NCBI RefSeq assembly: GCF_009914755.1
Contig: NC_060942.1
DNA: 64,000 bases
Reading direction: 5' to 3' (one strand)
Source: the human T2T-CHM13v2.0 reference genome, Homo sapiens
Part shown: piece after piece, positions 55,530-64,000 of the stretch
How positions within the stretch are numbered: position 1 is the first letter of the stretch
Layout of the letters: every line of letters begins with the position of its first letter
Translations under genes and position numbers: made by a program
The notes under the pieces: generated by a model
Database searches by the model: none
Seen by the model: only the letters and a program-made list of their open reading frames with translations
Told to the model about the DNA's origin: nothing

Positions 55530-55915
55530 TGTATTAGTCCATTCTCACGCTGCTATAAAGAATACTACCCAAGACTGGAAAATTACAAAGGAAAGAGATT
55601 TAATTGACTCACAGTTCTGCATGTGAGTCTCTGGGAAGGCCTCAGGAAACTTACAACCATGGCAGAAGGGAAAGAAGGCACGTCTTATGTGGTGGCAGGT
55701 GAGAAAGCATGCATGAGAGCAGGAAAAACTACCATTTATAAAGCCATAAAATCTTGTGAGCATTCATTCACTATCAGAAGAACAGCATGGGAGAAACTAC
55801 CCATGTAATCTAATCACTTCCCTCCCTCCATATGTGAGGATTACAGGTTCCTCCCCCTGTGGAGATTACAATTCAAGATGAGATTTGGGTGAGGACACAG
55901 CGCCAAACTGTGTCA
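55530..55915 (-). mobile_element. MSTA/THE1D-like (MaLR) solo LTR
   Basis: tgtattagtccattctcacgctgctataaagaa ... gatgagatttgggtgaggacacagcgccaaactgtgtca; TSD accct/atcct. Confidence 0.9.
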
Positions 55916-56199
55916 ATCCTCATGGTGCATAAACTCTTAACACGAAGCTTTCAACCTAGGAAATAGTCTATAGCCACTTCGCCAAGTTGTTTTATATCAG
56001 GCTTCAAGATATTATTTAACTGACTGATAATTTCCCAATTCAAAATATATTTTATAATACAGACTCTATACCTGGCACTGCATTAGATGTCATAGGAGAC
56101 AATATTGAATTCTAACTTCATAAGTGAAGTTTTCTTCAAAACAAAGGCAATTAATTTAATTTGAAAATTATGAGATTAATAATGTTAAGATATTTAATT

Positions 56200-59100
56200 G
56201 TGTATGCAGAAACCTGGGCTGCATGTATGTGTTAAAGAATAGCTAAAACAAAGTACACTGTATGAAATAAAAACAAAAACATAAATTAGTGTGGTAAAGG
56301 ACTAATAAAAAGCTTACATCAAATAAATCAAATTCTGCTTCATTAGAAAAAAATTAAAATAAATGAATCACTAATTTAATCTATAAAAAGGTAAGATAAA
56401 GCAGAAGTATATAAACTAAGAAGAAATGAGGAAGAAATAATTATTGACACATAGAAAATTAAAATTAAAACAATCCAATACAAACAAACCACCCAAAGAA
56501 GAGGGAAAAATACTGTTTATTCTGCTATGTGAAAATTGGAGGTGTAAAATATACTAGCCGGCCTCACAACTATTGTTATTCTAATACCCAGCCCAGGGTA
56601 AATTATAATTGATGGTAATACATGATGGTAATACTAGAGAAAAGGGATGCATTTTTACAAAATACAGTCTTCCAAAATTGACCCTATTAAGAGATAGAAA
56701 ACTGAAGCAGTCAATTTTTCATAGAAAAAATAAAAGTTATTAAAAATTACTTTATAAAAAAGAAAAGAGAAGAGAAATGGTAGGTCGTGGTCATCTCAAA
56801 GGAAATTCTGCCAGACTTTTAGAGACCAGATAGTACTAATCTTGCACAAATTCATCAGAACATAGAAAGCAAGAAAAACTTTCAAATTATTTTTATGAAA
56901 CAAATGTAACACTGATAATGAAACCTGATAAATGCAGCACACAGAGAAAAAAACTAAAGGTAAATATCATCTGTAAATAAGCATGCAAAAATATTGACTA
57001 AAATGCTAGCAAAAGACCCCAACATTACATTTAGAAGATACTACCTCAAGCAGGTTTTATGTCAGGAATGCAAAACTACTTCAAAATTTGAATATGTATC
57101 ACAATAATTGACTATATTAATCAATACAAGGAGAAAATTTACATTACTATCTCCATAGATCATGAAAATGTATGACAATAACTATAATTTATTACTATTG
57201 AAAAGTCATGTAGAAAAGAAGGTAGAATATCTGTCATCTCTCTATCTATCAATCATCTATCTATTGATATATAGAGTGAGACGGGATGAGGAGAGGGAAA
57301 GAGAAAGAGAGAAATATTCTAAAGCCAACATAATCATTTAATGGGAAAGCCCTAGAGAAACAGTCCAAGTCAATGGACTTGGTCAAGGTCAATGACAGGA
57401 TGACTACTATTTCCACTGCTATTTAAGATACTTCAGTAGGTACTAGCTAATGAACTTGGACTTCAGAAAACAATTGGAGACATAATATGCAAAAAAATTA
57501 AACATCTCAATACACAGATGACATGATACTATTATTCATCAGAATTCTATTGAAACAATAGTAAAAGAAACCAAAACACAAAAGAAGTTAAAGTAGCAAT
57601 ATACAAAATTAACATAACATTAATAGCATTTGTATTCACATATAAAAACCAGTTAGAAGATACAATGAATGAGATAATCCCATTTATAATAGCCATAAAA
57701 ATCATAAAGCATTTGGTTATAAACTTAATAAAAGTGTTTAAAATCTATAAAAAATTATCAAATACTTCTTAAAAATTAAAAAAAAGGCCATGAACAAATA
57801 GAAAGCTGTTTCTTGTTCTTGGTTATGACACCTCTACATCATTAAGATGTCAGTTCCCCTCAGTTAATTTATAAATTTAATGCAGTTTTAATAAAAATTT
57901 CAATAGGAATTTTTTAATGAACATAAACAAGTTTATCCAAAGTTATTTGAAAAATAAAGATACAACAATTGCTAGGAAAACAGTAAAGCAGAAGTACTCC
58001 AAATCCCATTCGTTGTTAAAAGTTAATAAAAAGCCTCTATAAATGTAGTTGTCGTGCATGCATAAACAGACACAATAGAATACAATGAAAAGTTTAGAAA
58101 TAGATTCGGCTGCACTTAAAAATCTACTATTTAATAAAAGTGGTGTCTAACATCACTAAAAAGGTAGCAATTTGTAAAAGATCAAATTAGGTCTATTCCT
58201 CACACCATGTATGACAATCAATTTCAAATGTATCAGACGTCTGTATGTAAAAATGAGATCTGCAAATACTAGAAGAAAACACACATTACTCACAACCTGG
58301 GTTTCAAGAAGGGATTTTTAAGCCTGACTAGAAATATCAGTGCAGTAAAAAAATTGATAGATTTTACTGCATCAATTTTTAATTACAAAACATTGTAAGC
58401 AAAGTGAAAAGATAAATGACAAACTGGGAGAAACCACTGGCAACATGCAGCGCAGACCGCATATTAAGGGCTACTATGCCAAATTCATATAGAAATTCTA
58501 GAAATTGAGGGAAAAGGGCCAAAATTCTATAGAGAAATAGATAAAACATGAACAGACAATTCACAATTAAAAATATTAAAATGGCCCTCTGTCATATAAA
58601 AACATGTTCAACTTTACTCATGCTAAGAGAAATTCAAGTTAAAATGATACAGAATGCTGTTGTTGCTCATCCAATAGGAAAACACAATTTTTAAAACTAG
58701 ACACATGCCCATGCGTGTTCACTGCAGCACTATTCACAATAGCAAAAACATGAAATCAACCTAAATGCCTATCAATGATGGACTGGATAAAGAAAATGTG
58801 GTACACATAGATGGTGGAATACTATGTAGCCATGAAAAATAATGATATAAGATCACTTGGAGGGACATGGATGAAGCTGGAGGCCATTATCCTTAGCAAA
58901 CTAATGCAGGAACAGAAAACTAGATACCGCATGTTCTCATGTATAAGTGGGTGCTAAATGATGAAAACACATGGACACATGGAGGGGAATACACACTGGA
59001 TTCTATCAGAAGGTGAAGGGTTGGAGGAGGGAAAGGATCAGGAAAAATAATTAATGGGTACTAGGTTTAATACTTGGGTGCTGAAATGATCTGTATAACA

Positions 59101-59360
59101 AACACCCATGAGACAAGTTTACCTACATGTACCTACAAGTACAAACTTGCACTTGTACCCCTGAACTTAAAATAATGTTTTTTTAAAAGATAAAAACATT
59201 TAAAAAAAAACTAGACAATACACTTTTTCAGTGAGATTTGATAATGCCTTAGGGAAACTATCATTACTATCATTCCCCATAGACATTGCTGATGAAATGA
59301 AAAATGGGATATCATTTCTGCAGGGAGATTTGGCAGTATCTAATAAAAGTATATGTACAT
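56200..59360 (+). mobile_element. Old L1M ORF2 remnant, interrupted by an L1PA 3' end
   Basis: ttttatgaaacaaatgtaacactgataatgaaacctgataa, cacagatgacatgatact, taagatgtcagttcccc..aatttataaatttaatgca; colinear ORF2 motifs. Confidence 0.8.
58704..59206 (+). mobile_element. L1PA13-16-like 3' end with TSD
   Basis: gtgttcactgcagcactattcacaatagcaaa ... tgtacccctgaacttaaaataa; TSD aaaactagaca at 58693-58703 and 59207-59217 with a TT|AAAA site. Confidence 0.92.
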
Positions 59361-59394
59361 GTACACGTAGACCCTAAGTGTGTGGGCAGCCTAA

Positions 59395-59640
59395 AGCACA
59401 GCTTCGAAATACACAGCAAAACTGATAGAACTGGGGGAGAAATGTGAATGCTCCTTTCTCAATACCTGATTTAAAAAATAGACAGAAAATAAGTAAGGAT
59501 AAAGCAAATCTAAACAACACTATTGACCAACCTGATTTTATTGACATTTACATAATAATCCAGCTAACAACTGCAAAAATCCACATTTTATTCTAAACAT
59601 TCTCTAGTGCTTTATAGATGAGGAATCCCTAAACAAAGAT

Positions 59641-59698
<58 letters not shown>

Positions 59699-59960
59699 CA
59701 GACAGATAGATATAGATAGATAGAGATGGATAGATAGATAGATGATAGATAGATAGATGGAAATTTGCTATCAAGGATACAATCCAAAGTTATAGAATAT
59801 TGACAATAGATGAATTCATATAATTGACTAATGCTAGTCCATTAAAATCTATAATTTTAGAAAGACTGAAACCATATAGATTATGATTAGAATGACATTA
59901 AATTAGAAAATAAATTTGTGCTGAAAATCTCTAAATATTTGAAAATTAACACAGTTACAA
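59395..59960 (+). mobile_element. L1M endonuclease-region fragment containing a GATA STR
   Basis: aaaatagacagaaaataagtaaggata...aaacaacactattgaccaacctgattttattgacattta. Confidence 0.6.
59638..59758 (+). repeat. Compound (GATA)n/(GACA)n tetranucleotide STR
   Basis: Long perfect GATA run from 59641, followed by interrupted units. Confidence 0.97.
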
Positions 59961-59974
59961 ATATACATTAGAGT

Positions 59975-60915
59975 CCTTAGAATATTAATCACTGTTGTTT
60001 AAATATCCAGTCTGATAATTCTAACTTCTCTGCTGTGTCTGGTTCTGATTCATGCTCTGTTTTCAAAATATATCTTGCAATATTTTCTTGATATCTGATA
60101 TCTGATAACCAGACCTGAGGTACCAGGTAAAAGGAACTGCTGACCACAGGTCTTGATTAATGTGGTGGTAAGGTGTGGCAGAGTGGAAGTGTTCTACAGT
60201 CCTCATTTTAGGTCTTGGTCTTTTTTTGGGAGCCTGTGCCTGGGGACTGGGAACTTCACAGTGCCTCTCAGGTGGGACGTGATGGCTAGAGTGTGCTGGA
60301 GTTGGGCATCTCCCTCCTCCCACCTCTGTTAGGCTCCAGTAATACCCCAGCCTGTTAGGGTCTGGTTAACCAGGTTATCTTGCAGGCAGGCCTGGTTAAG
60401 AAGAACAAAGTGCCCTCGTGTATTTCAAAATGGTTCCTTTCTCCTCTCCCTAACAGGAGCACAGAGGGATTTCCCCCTCCTAGTGAGAATCTGATCAAGC
60501 TCCTGGAGGATTTCCCCTTTCTATTTACTGTGAGAATCTGATCAAGCTCCTGGAGGTAAAATTCACAAAAGTGTGTGCCTTCCCGCCACACCCCACATGA
60601 CTGGGTCCTGGTGGAGTTTTCAACTCTCAGACTCATCTACATGGAGCCTCCAGCAATTCATCACTTACAGCTCGGGTCTGCCTGGCCTGTCACTTGTTCC
60701 CAAGGTGGTTTCTGCTCCTGTCTGTGCTCTGGCAGCCGTGATTCCATGTATTCCCATCTGTCTCTCTGGACTTGGGGACAGCAGTTTTCCCTGTGTCTTC
60801 ATCTCCCTTACAGACCCAAGAAGAGTAGTGTGCCTTTCAGTCTGATCAGCTTTCTACTCGTTTTTAGGATGGAGTGGCAACTTTCATGCTCCATACATGC
60901 AGAACTGGAAGTCCC
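59975..60915 (-). mobile_element. L1M (L1MCa/MDa-like) 5' UTR, antisense
   Basis: Reverse complement starts gggacttccagttctgcatg...gttgccactccatcctaaaaac...; similar to 14145-14740. Confidence 0.75.
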
Positions 60916-60917
60916 AA

Positions 60918-61030
60918 TGCTCATTTTTTAGATGAGAAACCTGGGGTCTTGTGGGGTAAAGGAGCAAGCCCAAAGTTCAGATAACCAGTGAGTGCTACAG
61001 CCAGGATTTAAATCTAGATGTGGCTCTATA
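60918..61030 (-). mobile_element. MIR fragment
   Basis: cattttttagatgagaaacctgg...gcccaaagttcagataaccagtgagtg..agccaggatttaaatctag. Confidence 0.6.
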
Positions 61031-61336
61031 GTACTGCAAGTAGGAGCCTGTTCAAAACAACTCTGACCACATTAGACATGTATACATACATTCATTTGTT
61101 ACTACGCCATTGCAACATGAGAAATGGTTTAATGTCCTGGGTAAATTTGTTTGATAACTACATACTCTTTCCTTGTTAAGGCCAGTTTCTTACCTTCCAA
61201 GTATTTTGCAAATGTTACCATATAAGAACTACTCATCCACTATTTTAAAATTTATTTTACTGGTAAAAATTGAGATTCTATGAATTTTTCTAGTTCTACT
61301 ATTCTGTAACTTCGGATTTTATCCTTGATAGCAACT

Positions 61337-61395
<59 letters not shown>
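61337..61395 (+). repeat. (TCTA)14 tetranucleotide STR
   Basis: Perfect run. Confidence 0.97.
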
Positions 61396-61397
<2 letters not shown>

Positions 61398-63769
61398 GCT
61401 TAGGATTTCCTCATCTATAAAGTGCTCTTGGTCCTAATTTTATATTTTATTTTGTTTACATCATGACGATAAAGTCAAGATCTCAGCAGACAGAAGCTTG
61501 GAAAAAATAGAAAGAATGTTAGGCCCCTGATCACTAACACAAGCTTCAACTACTACTACTACCTCTATTTCTACTACCTCTTGTGGACTACTACTATACT
61601 ACTATTACCATTACTACTATTGGTTACCTCTTACTGGTTACTTAAAAATGTTGAACACTGAGAGTTTTACACACTTGCACACTGGATTTCATTGAATTCC
61701 GATAATAGGTTGACACTCTTTTATGAATTGTAATTTTCTGTGTGGCTAAAACAAAATATGTTAGATGCTCAGCACAAGTGGTGGAAATAAAATTATAACC
61801 AGCATCTGTGTCCAATATTTAATTATTTGGAATCTCACATGTTATGATAATCATTACCTAATTTCTACAAGTATCATTTCCAATCTTGGTCACCTCATAT
61901 GATTCCAAATATCCATAATGCCAACCAACTTAGTTTTCTAACAACTGGAAATTCATAAATACTTCACATTTCTATGAATTCCCAACATTGGAATATAGCC
62001 CTTACTGAACATCCAGTCAGTTCAAGATAGCAGCTGACCTGGTGCTCCTAACAAACCATAGTCTTGTCTGGAGCTGGACCTCCACCCCTGGTCTCTGTAA
62101 GATACTCCTCCAGGTATCATCCAGTGAAATCTAGACCTGTATTTCAGCCCTTTTTCACTCTGTAAAATACTTGCTGTCAAAGTAAGACTTTAGTGTAATT
62201 TAATCTCAGATTTAGAAGAAGAGAACTATAAAAACAGCTTAAATAATCATTCACCTCCCCAACAAACTATAAAGGACTATAAAAAGTTATGTAAGTTGTA
62301 CATTATAACCATTGCCACACCCTGGATGTGTGTCTTGCTGTCTACTCACTAGTGTTATTTTTTTGTAACACAGGAGAAATAATCTCAGGTATTTTATTTG
62401 AAAATATAATCTGATTGTGATTCTTATATTTATAATTACATGTATTTATTCAACTAATATTATTCAACCTGCACTTCCAGGAGCAGTGCTAGTTATGCTA
62501 GTAAAAATATATTGGGCCAGCCACCAAAAGGCAATAGACTTCTTATTAGAAAAATAGTATGTCGTATGTCTTTAGCTATATTTGAAAATAAGTTCCAATA
62601 AGCTTAGAACTTTCTTTGAAACATTTTTTGGAAAACATAATCTACCATAAAGCAGAATGTAACGCAGTAGATCTAAATTGAAATAAATAGTTTTATTATG
62701 TCTCCCCTTTGAACCTTTATTGAGGTTGTCTATATAATTTGGGGCAGGTAAACATCCTAGCTTGCTAGTCAGTGATATTAAAATTGTTTAATTTTCATTT
62801 TATAAAACTGTATCCTTTCTATAAAGTTAAATATATTTTCTTTCTGGCCCTACCTTTTATGACTTTCTCATTTCTCTGCATAATGACCAGTTTATTTTAC
62901 TAACCTGGTTATTCCGTCTTCTTCTTTAACCAGTTTACCTGGTGATTCCTCCATACTCTCAGTTCACATGCCAACTATCTGTGAATGTTAAAATATTGAA
63001 CCCACAAATTCATAAAGGCCTGTAAGGTCATATTATCCACATTTTCTCTAAGTTCCAAGGGAAAGTCCATATTTGAAACTAATGGGAATGTTCGAAACTT
63101 CTCAGGGCAGGAGACTGACTACATTAAGATGCAAGCTAACCATTGACTAGGTCTTCCCATTTATTAGAAAATCTTTCTTATGTTGATGTCACTTGTTACT
63201 TGCTCATTTTTCCCCAGAAAAAGGGGTTTTTTTTTTTTCTGAAGCCACAAAGGAGAAACTTCTCCTATATAAAGTATTCCCGAGTCCCGTCATGTTGTTT
63301 TAAAGTGCACTGTTCTCAGAGATTCTCCAAACTCTGCCACCTCTGTAACTAAATGACCACACTGTGTGGGCATTGCTGTGTGTGAGGCCCATTAGCTGTG
63401 AGGAAAAGAGGTTCACTCTTTACCTAAAATAATGGAGACTTATTATGAAAATCTATGTAGAAATGATGAAGGCAGAAATCTCTAATTGAAGAGCCAGGCA
63501 TCAAAAAACAAACAAACAAACAAAAAAAAAACAACCATGGAAACAACAGCCAGGCAGGCTACAGAGATAATAAAAAAATAGAACAGCATTCATGGCACAC
63601 CATGATTCCAGCAACTGGGCCATTTTATCGCTCCCAGTACCACTTCAGAGGCAGAGTCCACTGATCACCTTCTTCAATGCTATGACATTTTCCAATGCCC
63701 CTGTCTGTACTTACACATTTTAACTTACACTGACTCCTCTCTCTCCTGCCACCTTCCACCTTCTCGTGA

Positions 63770-64000
<231 letters not shown>

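Overview
AT-rich, CpG-depleted primate genomic DNA. Alu, THE1/MST, LTR8 and MER11 elements point to a simian, most likely human, source. The window looks intergenic or deep-intronic: I see no convincing protein-coding gene, RNA gene or CpG island, and nearly all ORFs in the track come from Alu, L1, LTR or simple-repeat sequence. It is a stratified mosaic of old L1M/L1P fragments, L2/MIR, Alus, MaLR, ERV1, ERVK and ERVL LTRs, the DNA transposons MER5A and MER82, and microsatellites. The most structured object is an internally deleted HERV-L provirus (18676-21745) with two MLT2A LTRs and a perfect TATGG target-site duplication (TSD); its 3' LTR is split by an antisense MER11 LTR. Other notable items are two twin-primed (5'-inverted) L1 insertions, a ~35-bp L1 insertion with a TSD, and DUX4-type motifs in six LTRs. 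I did not find a previously undescribed biological system. Subfamily names come from recalled consensus sequences, not alignments, and the boundaries of old elements are approximate.
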